The notes under the pieces were generated by a model. That model was not told the origin of the DNA. It did not search any database and saw nothing but the letters and a program-made list of their open reading frames with translations. DNA of 64,000 nucleotides from NCBI GenBank assembly GCA_025201805.1, contig MU619252.1, positions 1-64,000 of the forward strand, in the 5' to 3' direction. The position numbers and the translations under genes are program-made. Position 1 is the stretch's first letter. Each line of letters starts with the position of its first letter. The stretch comes from Parasitella parasitica NRRL 2501. Its lineage: Eukaryota > Fungi > Mucoromycota. This document shows positions 40,203 through 51,762 of the stretch, piece after piece.

Positions 40203-42907
40203 TTACGCAGATTCGTCCGCAAGAACTTCTCGAATCTGCTCTAAGGCACTGTTTGCTCTGTCCCGAACATCTCGACTTGTATCGTTTTCCATAATCTTCA
40301 ATTTATCTTCAATACCCAATTCTCTGAGGCGTTGGCAACGTTTTATAAGATCTAATGACATAAAATGTTAATCGCCGGGGCCTAATCGACAGCAGTTCAC
40401 CTCATATCACCTTGTGAGTTCTCTTCAGAATTAGCCCAAGTCCAATTGATCATACACCAAGCAGCCGCTACTCTTACTAGTGGGTCTTCGTGTTCCTACA
40501 TTAGCAAAAAAAAAAAGGGGGCGGGAATGAGCTAATCTACATTGCCTATCGAGCTCTTTCTCAACTTACCAAATGATGAATGACACTATTTACAATATTT
40601 GGTCGACTGATAAGCGCCATTTTTGGGCCTTCAGCATCACTTGACATGTTTACTACAATGTAAAGAGCAGGCACCAATGTCTATTTTTTTGTTAGCTGTA
40701 TTACAAAACTCTTTTTCACTAGAAAGGACTCACAGAGGCCGTGATTTCTTCTTCATCTGACACACCCATATTCGATATAACCTGTAATTTGCTTTCCAAT
40801 ACGTCTAATAAATCGTCCTTTCCTATGCCCTGAATAACCCAATCGGTGTCTTCTTGTTTACCAAAAACTAAATTGCGCACGATTTCCAATGCTTGTTCCT
40901 GAATAGCAAGCTTGGGATCATGCAACAACTCAATCAAAGCATTATATGTTAAAACATCCATCACTGCTTTTTTGGCTTGAAGATCAGCTCTGAATAATAA
41001 GTTGTTAAGGGCCCAAACACCGTTGAGTTGAAGAGTACAGTCAGTGGATCGAGAATATTCTACAAATCGAGCAATGGCTCCAGCTTCTATAACACTTTTC
41101 TTCATGGGAGAAAACTCAAGCACGAGATTGCACAATGCACCGCAAGCAGCGGCTTGAACAACAAGCGATTCGTCATAAAGTAACTAAGATAATGCGGCAG
41201 TAAATATTAGCACTCGTTTAACTAATAAATATACTACCTTGATAAGCGGCGGTGCGATGCCTGCATCAACAAGACTAGTTCGAAGATGGCTGACACTGCG
41301 AGATAACGATTTGGCAGCCTGACAAGCAGCTAAACGAACGTGCTGTTGTTTGCTCGACAAGCCAGAAATGACATGAGGCAAGACTTTAGCTTCAATGGCT
41401 TGCGTACGACATTCTTCCTTTGATAGAGTAGCTGCGGCAATCGCAATCAGTGAATTTTCCTTAATTTTTTCCTTTCGCTTCGCCACACTGCCCTTTCCAG
41501 GGACGCCTAGTTGCGACCCTTCTTCCTCATCTGAATCCTTGAATGACACACTAGATAATAATTCTGCTAAACGAGAAATAGCATCAGCGTCAAAAGCCGC
41601 CTTTTGCATATCTTCGCTATCCTTAATTAAATCGGCTAATACAAGTGGGGCTCTTTCCTGAACATCATCGGTTGAATCTTGTAACAGCTTGACAAGTGCA
41701 GGTAATACAACAAGCGTGATTTCACTAAAAGGCTCTTTAAAGACACCAGTACGGTACAAGTTCGTCAAGCTACGTATCTATTAGCAAAGCCTGCATTCAA
41801 CGCTGAATAAATGAATCAACTAACCATGTGGCAGCGATTAATCTCATATTTGGATTTTTATCTCTCACGAAATCAAGGATTGTATTTGTTGTTAATTGGG
41901 TTAAATCAAGAGCTAAGCATACATTAGTAAAGGTTACTGCTAAATGCAGATATACATACTTTTTGACTTGACGATGAAATCTCCCAGCACCTTATTTTCA
42001 CGGCATAAAGTAGCAATTGCATCCAATGAAGCTTCCTGCGCTTTTATACAACCAGAATGTAATAAATTAACAAGAGGCTGAATAACTCCAGCATTTTCCA
42101 ATTGCAGCTGCTGTAGTTGAGTATCGCAGCATTTAGCAATGATAGCAGCTGTAAACTCTGCAATCATAGCATACGATAAGCCTTCCGAGGAAACATTACC
42201 TTGCGGCTCGCTTGTCAGAAAACTAGACGTAGTATCCAATAAAACGACTAAATCGTGTATGTGTTTATCCTACATAAGTATAGTAAAACACGACTACTTT
42301 AGAAATCCCTAACCCTATCCCTAATTTTCAAATACTTTACTGTAAAGGTGTCATATTTTACTGTTCTGAATGATGCAAATATGGCTTTCAAAGCTCTGGT
42401 AGCAGCCTCAATGAGTTTTCTTCTCTCTTGAATAGCTTCCAACACAGGCGTATTGTCCGGCAATTCGAGTGTGTCTAGTAGAGGGATTACAGCACCTGAT
42501 GCTACAACAGCAGAAACGTTTTCGTCTTTCCCTATTTAATTACGCACCAAACAAACGTGTCAATGTCATGTAAATGCGCATAAAATTGTCATTAAAAGTA
42601 GCGTCATACCATAGGCAATACTGCCAAGGATCGTGGCTGCCTGAATTTTCAAATTGTAGGAAGAGCTGTCGTCAGGGAAAGATAAATACTCGACCAGTCT
42701 GCATACTTGAATGTTGGTAAATGTGAAATATATCCCGTACTTTTCATGTTGAACATACCTCTGAACTACGCCAAGTTTGATGTACAATTCCTTTTTGGTT
42801 TTGTTTCCAATAACTGAATTCTTGATAAATCGAAGTGCTTTTAGTCTCTTGGCATCATCTTGCGAAGCGAGCTCCTTGATAGATTCTTCGTATTTAGATG
42901 TAGTCAT
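40203..42907 (-). CDS. VID28: Armadillo-repeat protein ARMC8/Vid28 (GID/CTLH complex subunit); multi-exon
   Basis: LRFIKNSVIGNKTKKELY, AATILGSIAYG, SLSRSVSHLRTSLVDAG, CNLVLEFSPMK and CMINWTW...RLRELG motifs. Confidence 0.88.
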
Positions 42908-43263
42908 TCTCCTAGAGTGTTGAATAGAAAAAGAAAGAGTTCCTCCCTCTCATTGCTTGCCGTTTGCATTTTTCCTGAGACTCAACTCAGATGGGCTCAA
43001 TTTTGGAAAAAATTGACCTCGGTGTAGGTAGAGCATCGATAATTAATGGGTATTGGAAACCCGACATGTTTGCATACACAGCTAGTAGCTGAACATAGTT
43101 GATAAAGCCAACGAATACCGAAAATGGAGCTCTTGGCATGTATTCTTTCTTCTTTGATAATTCATGATAACAGAACTCTTGTTTTTAAAATCCTATTATT
43201 GTGAAAATAGGGCTTTTATTGCACAAACCATCTCTTGAACTTTGTAATGTAGTTTTTTAACTT

Positions 43264-43360
43264 GGAATTGAGACGAATGGAAATATTTTTTAGACGAATG
43301 GGAATTTGATTCAAGACGAATGGAAATTGTTTTGAGACGATGAGAAAAGAAATTGAGACG
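43264..43360 (+). repeat. Left array of ~21-22-bp units ending in AGACG
   Basis: GGAATTGAGACG|AATGGAAATATTTTTTAGACG|AATGGGAATTTGATTCAAGACG|AATGGAAATTGTTTTGAGACG|ATGAGAAAAGAAATTGAGACG. Confidence 0.9.
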
Positions 43361-44383
43361 AGGTGGCCATCGACACTCATTCAACCTATGCTTCTCATAT
43401 CTGACCCGTTTTCAACCTATGCTATCTAATTTACTCTCAAAATAAGTGGTTTGGACTTGCTGTGCGGCGTGTCCGTCGTTATGATTATCTTTGCTTCCCT
43501 GCGTCTTTGGTGCTTCAAAAGAAATGGGTTTGGTGCAGCCTATTAGCCTTAGTGATATACCCCAGGAGTAGTGCCCTGGCAGCCTCGTTAGCGCTACCCA
43601 TACTTGGGACTTCGTGTCTTAGCTATTATATCAACCAAATGTACATTCACTGATTACCTTTCGCTTTCCCAAACTCATGCTCGCGGTACTTATTTTGATC
43701 TACCCCCAACTGCCCATTCCTTTTATCCCATCAATAATTGGAAAACTACACGACCCAAACCCTTTTTACCCAGTCTTTTTCTATCCCTCATTATGACATC
43801 TAAAGGACTTTCAATAAAACAATGGTTAAAAAAAATTACCTGTAAAAATCCAAATCACTCTTGCCAGTGAAACTGTGTACGATACGGCAATGTAAGAACC
43901 AAAAGCCGCATACCGGAATAACTTCTGCAGCTATAATACGCCATCGCTTAAAAGGTAATAAAACCCGAGCCACAGCCGAGGGAAACTTTTTTTGGGTAGA
44001 GGTTTCACCCCCAAATAGCATAAAGCCTGATCCTTTCTCATCAACATAGTCTAGTAAAGAAGTGGGATATTTCTCGATTCAAATGTAAAGTGGGCAAGTG
44101 AACCTTTTATATTCAAGTTCTTTGATTGCTATGAAACTTGATTTTTGGGTATGCTTCATGTAAGAGTTTTTAGCTGTCAAAACATTGACAGTAATATTGT
44201 AGTTGTACATAAATAGATATGGTATATTGGCCAACGGTGAAATCTTGAATTAAACCAGTTTTAAAAGAGCCTATACATCAATATACTATAAATTTTTCTT
44301 GAAAATGTTGTTGATTACTCTCTTCACTCTTCCTACTACATTTTTTTTCTTCTATAAATCTGTACCCTATATCATAATCAAAA

Positions 44384-46435
44384 GTGAGCTCTCTAAAAGT
44401 AACAACGATCAAGAGCTCTGTCTCTGGTCTTTGCTGGAAACCTGAATATGTACAAAGGCTTAAAACACTTGTTTTCACCACTCATACGCTTGTCACTCAT
44501 ACTTTTGCACTAACAAAGTTCATTTTCATTAATGAACTGAAGAAAAGCGAGTCTTTTGACCTTCAAAAGTAAGCTCAGAAAGAGTTCTACATGCAAGTAT
44601 TTACGGCACTCGTACAACAAAAGAAGATAGTTCCTCCAAAGACAACAAAAACAATAGAATTTAGAAACTTGATTAAGAAATACATGGAAGAATATTGCCA
44701 GCTAAGCGATTACGTTCCTGTTGAACTCAAATACTCACAACAAATCGCAGCATATGAATGCACTAAAATTAATACTGCGTACGCAAATGCTATTGCGTTA
44801 CAGTTTGGTAGTAGATTCCGTATGTTCGTCAATCAACTGACACGTCAAAAAGAGAGGGTTAAAAGTAGAAAGCAAGAGTTGCAAAAGGAAAAACGGACGG
44901 AACAAGATATAAGCAACATTATTTACAATGAGATCACGCAGCCTTGTACTCGCTTGAAGCTTTTGCTTGCATCTGGCAACATTCATAACTTGCCCACAGG
45001 CTTTTTAGACAATGAAGGAATCGCTCGTCTACAAGAATTTTTTGGCACTTATGGTTCTGAATACCAATTCAAAAAAGGAAGTATTTACTATGATTGCAAA
45101 GCAGAGCCTTTTAACCACTTGAAGGCCTATTACAAGATGTCTCAAATATGTGAACAATCTGACTATAAATCATTCATGTGCTTTCCACTTAGAAAATCAT
45201 ATGTTCCTTGTTATATGACGATCGATACCATGATCTTGAACAACCAGATTGTACAGAACAGCCAACGATCAAAGCTAGACAAAACACTTGTTTGGGGAAA
45301 AGTGGTCAATATATCATGTAGAGCTCTGAAGGATCGAGGCCAATCAAAATCAATGCAGTTTCGAGGCATGATCTTGGTTATCAAACAAAACCAAGAAACA
45401 GCTAAAGGCGGCACGAGGGGTATACACGCAAAGGATGAAGAAGACGTCCAATATATACACGAATTGACAACAAAAGAGCTCCAAGACACTACTGGCAAGT
45501 GTGTGTTTATAGATCCTGGGCGCAGGGATATGTTGTACTGCATGCACGAAAAATGCAAAGCTAAAAATGATGGGAGCCTTTACCGGTATACAAGTAATCA
45601 AAGAGCCAAAGAGACCAAGTCAAGAGAGTTTACAAAGTTGCGACATGATACGAAGCCAGAAGTAGTACAGAAGTGGGAAGAGCGTCTCTCCAAGCATTCA
45701 GCGTCAACAGTCGATGTTACAAAGTTTTCCGAGTACTTGAAAGCAAGATCAATGGCCCATGAATCGCTATCCTCATACTACAGAAACGAGGACAAAGCTC
45801 AGCGTGACCAAAATGCCCTTCCTTTCCGGAAGATGAAACTCTCCTCAATCATCAACAGGAAGCAGTCTGACAGCCGACTTGCAAAGACACTTCGAGGAAA
45901 ATTTGGAGAGGATCCCGTACTTGTAATTGGGGACTGGTCTGCTGGTAATGTCAAGTTCCACGAGCCGATACGAGGGAAGGGCATGAGAAAAATGTTGAAG
46001 AAACATGGCTTCCCTGTTTATTTGATCAATGAACATAAAACTTCTTCCCTTTGCCCTAACTGCAAAGATGGAAAGTTAAAGAACTTTTTGAATGTTCCCA
46101 ATCCACGGCCATTTCAACGAAAGAAAAGACCAGTAGTCAAGTGTCATGGGCTCCTAAGGTAAACCCTCATTTATGAAAGGTAGAACAGGTTTTTCATAAA
46201 CTTTTTTTTAATTAGATGTACAAATCAAAAATGTTTGGAGCCCACCAGACTGTGGAATAGAGACTTCGCTGCTGTTCTGAATTCTAAGGAAATCATGAAC
46301 AGCCATCGACTGGCACTTGATCGTCCTTTAAGGTTCCAAAGGCAGACACTTAAGCGTCCTTCAACAGGCAAGGATACTTCTCAAAACAAAAAATTCCGCT
46401 CTATGCCTCCTGAAGATGGCCGCAATTCTGTCTGA
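44384..46435 (+). pseudogene. Fanzor1 (TnpB-like RuvC RNA-guided endonuclease), ~664 codons after splicing, probably inactivated
   Basis: RuvC-I VFIDPGRRD, VLVIGDWS, RuvC-II LINEHKTSSL, Zn finger CPNC...C-TNQK-C, RuvC-III LWNRDFAAVLN. Intron 46159-46215. GTG in an AAA context at 44384 and in-frame TAA at 44570. Confidence 0.88.
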
Positions 46436-46499
46436 AGGAAGAATATTGATAGAGTAAACCACGATGCAGGTCCATTTTTACTTTTTCCAAAAAAGGTAA

Positions 46500-46634
46500 G
46501 CTAAACATCTCAAAATGAATTTTGATTCGTCCAGAAAAAAACTAACAAACGTCTCAATTTCTTTTCTCATCGTCTCAAAACAATTTCCATTCGTTTTGAA
46601 TCAAATTCCCATTCGTCTAAAAAATATTTCCATT
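46500..46634 (-). repeat. Right inverted array of AGACG units
   Basis: Reverse complement of the left array plus two extra degenerate inner units (…GGACG, …GAGATG). Confidence 0.9.
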
Positions 46635-47319
46635 GACCTTTTTTACCTTTCTCTCACTCAAATGTCTTTGAGTGTCCATGCATAAATTTTTTGCAAAGAA
46701 GAGTTGAGAAAGTCTCTAAGGATGAAGCACCCTATCCATGTTATTGACTTGCCAATTTTGCAATTTTATTCAAGTGTGAAACATTTCTGTTTTGCGGGTT
46801 GATATTCGAGTAAATAGGTATTATACACTTAAACAATTGTAATTCGCCTAGCGTCTTTTCACATTTCCACCAGAAGATTGGTAATCTTCATAATATCACA
46901 ACATCTTATAATGAACAAAGATTTAGTACTAGCTGATAAACCAGACCAGAGGTGGACGACGTTAATCGAATGTAGCGAGATTAAACAATTTTTCAGTAAC
47001 ATGTTATACAAGGAAGTGATAGCCAATCTTTCCCCTCTATGAATATCAAGAATAAACTCTGTCTCTAGTTTGAGATCCAGATTTATATCTGCTAGCTCTT
47101 TTTCAAAAGCTTTACAATACTTTAAAATCTGTTGCTTGTTTTACGAGATAGTTGAGTGCTCTTGCGCTTCCTATAAACAGCAATTGAAATCAACCGCAGC
47201 TTGAAATGTTTGCTTACAGTTATACCAGCGCTGATGTATCTCATGTGCCTGATGTATCTGATACATCAAATACACAGAATTGATCATATTCCTCATGAAA
47301 AAGAGCGTCGGATTCTTAT

Positions 47320-47840
47320 TACTGCCTCATTAATTTTGATGTCAATGGCTTTCTGCAAAAACCTATGGCCCCTCGTCTTACTTTCTGTCTTTGGTCAGAA
47401 TTGTTTTATTGGGTTAGCCGCAAATGAAATTGGCAGCATATGCTCCTCAATCAAAATGCACTTACGACTAACCTAGTTACAGTTTTTAAAAATAATCACG
47501 AGGTGAAAACTATATAGCTTGGTTCATCTCTATACTTTGAATCTAAATGCTCAACTGCTTCGCTGCAGTTGATGCACTCTGATCAAAGAATCGAGCCTTA
47601 CCTTGGACCTTACGCCGAACATAATTTCGTTTTGTGTTCGCCTCTTTCATACCAACGTCTTTATTTTTAAATTTTTATAGCAGCGTTGAAAAAATAGCAG
47701 AGAATTTGTATTAAACTGTAATTCTCAAGTAACCAGAATGAGTGGTAAAATATGCCAATGATAAGCTCATTCTGACAAAGATGTACTCTATGAGCCCAGT
47801 GCCGTCATTTGCATTCAATATTCTCATTTCCATGAATAAA
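47320..47840 (-). mobile_element. Degenerate, internally deleted Tc1/mariner transposase relic
   Basis: Minus-strand fragments DVGMKEANTKRNYVR...KARFF...SASTAAKQLSI* (HTH) and LNPIKQF*..ESKTRGHRFLQ (DDE C-terminus), with stops. Confidence 0.6.
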
Positions 47841-48499
47841 CATAACGTATCCACCTTTTTTTTTTGAACGCCAAGAAGCTAAAAAATCACTCACTGTGAT
47901 AACATCATTTTGAAAAGCAAAAAAGCTCTGTAAAAATATAAGATTAAAATAAAAAGTTGAATTTGATTGGCCAACAGCGATTTTTGATCTGCCGACATTT
48001 CTGATTAACTAAAGACTTTAAATTGATTGGCTGAAAATAGTGATTTTTATTGGTCGCGGCACTACCCTTCTGAATTTTTTTTTACATTTTATCCCAAATA
48101 GGTAAGCTTAATATTTGAATTTTAATTTTGATTTGTCCAGAAAAGAACTATTATCGTCTGAATTTGAAGTGTAAAAACTGTATCCTACATGTTTGCATGC
48201 ACATTCAATGTTTATATTTGTCTGTTTTTAAATCAACAGAATATTCATCTGCATTAGTGACATTGTCAGACATGTATGGTAATCAATGCAAATTTGGGTA
48301 TATGAGGTCTTCTATGTCTTGCTCGCACAACACATGCAAAAGAAGAATAGAGCTGTTTTAAATGCCAGAGATCAATCATTTCTGTCATTCTCGTCAAACC
48401 AACCAAATATTTTTTTTCCTCATTATAAAAATGACGGTTCTGACTCTTTAGACTTTTTTTCTATTTGACTGACTCACATTTCCTGATATTTTTACAGCG

Positions 48500-49943
48500 A
48501 TGGCATCTATTGTTTTAGATACTGAAGTCCTACCTACATCTGAGAAAGATCATTCATCTTTGGACAGAGATCTCTCAGATGCCGAGAAATTATCTGTATC
48601 TTCAGGTGAAGCTTATATTACACCTCCTGATGGTGGCCGTGGCTGGTTGGTTGTGGTTGCTTGCTTTATGGTATGACACACTAATTTCAATGATATGACA
48701 TTCTGACGTTTAATTCTTTAGGGCTTATTCTCCATGTAAGTATATCACTATCTGCAATGACAGTTGTTAAAGGTTGGTAATTGACATTTCTGTATGTGTA
48801 TATAGTTTTGGTTACAATTACAGCTGGGGAGTGTTTTTGAATTACTATACAACAAATGTGTACGTTGGCCAAATGAGCACATTGTCTTGGGTTGGCTCAA
48901 TTTGCGTCGCATTATTCTTTATCACTGGTCCTTTCAATCAGTTGCTCAATGAAAAGATGGGATTTAAATATATGCTAGCTACCGGAACTGTCTTGTGTTC
49001 GGCTGCATTGATTTTAGCTAGTTTTGCCACTCAAGTTTGGCACATCTTTTTGACTCAAGGAGTCATGTTTGGTATAGGCGCCTCTTTTGTTAGCTTGCCC
49101 TGCATTGGTGCCCCACAGCAATGGTTCTCGGAAAGAAGAGGTTTGGCCATCGGGTTAGCCATGTCTGGTTCAGGCATTGGTGGTCTCTGTGTTGCTAATA
49201 TCAGTATGGCTGCCATTGAACATATTGGTTATCGCTGGGCCCTACGTATCGATGGCATTATTGTTTTTGTTCTCTTGTCATTTGCCACTTGCTTTGTTCG
49301 TCCATTTGGAGATGTTATAAAGACTGGCGGTGGGCGCAAAATATTCAATTGGTATCTTTTCAAGAATCCAATGTTTACTGTCATGTTCATGCATGGTTTG
49401 ATAACTACGTTTGGCTACATGACACCCTTCTTTCTACTACCATCTCATGCCAATGCTCTTGGATTAGATCCTTGGATTGGCGCTAATCTTTCGGCCATCA
49501 TGTCTGCTGTGAATGCTGTTGCGAGAGTATTTACTGGCTATATGGGTGACAAATTAGGCCGATTCAATAGTCTATTTATCTGTACCTTTTTGTGTGGTGT
49601 CATGTGTCTTGTTCTCTGGATCAATGTTCATAATGAAGCTACTCTTTGGGTATTTGCCATTTTGTACGGGTTCTTTGGTGGAGGATACATTGCTCTTTTC
49701 CCTACAGTCCAGCCTCAAATAGTAGGTCTTGAACATATTGGCCCTGCAATCGGTCTGCTTTATACTACCAATATCTTTGGCTACATGTTCGGTACCCCCA
49801 TTGCCTCTGTGTTGATCAATCTGTCAAGCCCTCCTAGTTATGTTAATGGTGCTATCTGGGCTGGCTGTTCTATCATTGTCGGTTCACTCTTCGCAGGCTG
49901 GGTCCGCGTTATGAAGGGTGGATGGGCATTTGCTAAAATTTAA
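48500..49943 (+). CDS. MFS monocarboxylate-porter (Mch/MCT-like) transporter; 3 coding exons
   Basis: PPDGGRGWLVV, FLTQGVMFGIG, QWFSERRGLAIGLAMSGSGIGG and ~12 TM segments. 14-nt exon at 48722-48735. Confidence 0.93.
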
Positions 49944-50272
49944 TAACCAACTACTTGCATTCTTTTATTGTATTTTAAACATTTCATTACTTCTCACATC
50001 AATAACAGCACCTTTATAACCTGGGAGATATCAAGTTTTCAGAGTAACAGCTTTTTCTCTACGTGTTAGTTTTTAACAAGATATAACACCTGTAAACTAG
50101 CTTAATTCTGTTGAAAATGTGCCTTCACCACAGTTTTGACATGAAAACGTTTATCCGAAAACAGGATGGCGATTTCCACGCGCGTCCCAAAATCAAATGT
50201 TTTTTCTTTTTGTGTGCATTCCCTAGTTTTTTACATCTTCTGGCTTAGTGGTTACATAAAGATTCACCTGCC

Positions 50273-51549
50273 ATGACTAGTCAAATTTTAAGCAATAGAC
50301 TTCAGAAAGAGATCAGTAAGTTCTCTCTATAATGCGCTAATCATTTGCTCATTTTGCTTAGTGGTTTTGGAAAGGGATCCTCCTCCGGGTGTAAGTTGCT
50401 ATCCCAAGGAAGATGACTTGACCAAACTGGAAGCTTGTAAATATACAAATTCCATTAGCCTGATGGAAAAAACATTAATTATATTTTGAGTTGCCTATAG
50501 ACATCAAAGGCCCACCAGAGACACCATATGAACGAGGCCGTTTCAAACTAGATGTTCAGATCCCAAACAGCTACCCTTTCGACCCACCTCAGATCCGCTT
50601 TGTTACTCGTATATACCACCCCAATATAGATGACGCTGGTCGCATCTGTGCAGACATTCTAAAAAAGGGCGAGAACGGTGGTTGGAAGCCTTCATTGAAT
50701 TTGAGAACAACTTTACTTTCGCTATCACAACTTCTAGCAAACCCCAACCCAGATGATCCATTAGATGCTGAAATTGCAAGAGAATATCAAATAGATCTGC
50801 CAACATTCAGCCACAAAGCTCTAGATTTTACTTTGAAGTATGCAAATGAAGAAGCTGTCATGTCATGCACCACCGAACAGGTAATGAAAACAACACACTA
50901 TGCCTTGAAAATGATGGCCCACAATAATTAAATCATGCAGGAAGAAACAAAGATAGAAATGAGAGAACAGGGCGATATGAGCGAAGAAGCAATTATAAAA
51001 TCAAAGCCAAAGTTATCGTTATCTCTCTCAAAAAAGAAAAGCACTACAAACTCATCTCAATCAACATCATCCCAATCAAGCCTCAGCAGTATCAAATCAC
51101 CAGGTCTGAAAAGAAAACCTTTCTTGGAGAATTCTCAAGCACTTGAATCTGCTTTGAAAAAGTCAAAAACTCCTAAAGAAGCAGAATCAAATGTTAATAT
51201 TTCGAAAAAAGAAATATTGCCCACAGATGATCAAACAACACTGACTGCAACAGATGTACCAGAACCAGAAGAGCATATCATCAAAAGCAAACATTTCACA
51301 TCTTGTAACACCAAACTAGCAAAATCTGTGTCTAAACCAAAACAAATGACGATCAAGGAAGCACAGGTGAACGTTATGAAACAAACATTGGCCAACAATA
51401 CCCCGCAAGAACAGCAGCAAGATACAAAAAGAAACCCAAAGCAAATAATTGTACTTTCAGATGATGAAGATGATGGTATTTTGCATAGTTTCCAATTATC
51501 CAGAAAGATTAATCGAACAAAGCTCTCATTGAGCAAACGTCGCAAGTAA
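50273..51549 (+). CDS. Ubiquitin-conjugating enzyme E2, UBE2T-like, with long basic/Ser-rich C-terminal tail; multi-exon
   Basis: RLQKEI, GPPETPYERG, IYHPNIDDAGRICADIL (catalytic Cys) and GWKPSLNL...LANPNPDDPL motifs. Confidence 0.85.
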
Positions 51550-51762
51550 AAAACTAAATCAATAAATAATTTGGTTTATTACTGTCTGCACTTTACGGCA
51601 GCTCTTCTTGCGGTAAAAAACACCCACCACAAACTATAGTGAGTCAGCACAAACTCTCTTTGCGGTCACATAACTTCCCAGGCTTCATCCAGGTACATTG
51701 AATGATCCGAATACCTCTTTGCTCTCGCTTTGTTTTCTCATCCTAATTAACCAAAATATATC

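Larger units (their letters stand above)
43264..46634 (+). mobile_element. Non-autonomous Fanzor-carrying element bounded by inverted repeat arrays
   Basis: 43276-43360 and 46550-46634 form an ~85-bp near-perfect inverted repeat. A Fanzor gene lies inside and no transposase is present. No TSD was identified, so the outer ends are uncertain. Confidence 0.75.

Noticed and set aside
42305-42324. Telomere-like CCCTAA repeats
   Set aside because: Only three degenerate units inside an intron.
43264-43360. CRISPR-like reading of the AGACG repeat array next to a RuvC nuclease
   Set aside because: The constant part is only ~5-10 bp, the linkers resemble each other, and the whole array is mirrored as an inverted repeat at the other end. 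This fits transposon subterminal repeats better.
47230-47248. Perfect palindrome TGATGTATC-T-GATACATCA
   Set aside because: Short, in low-complexity TE debris, and no function can be supported.
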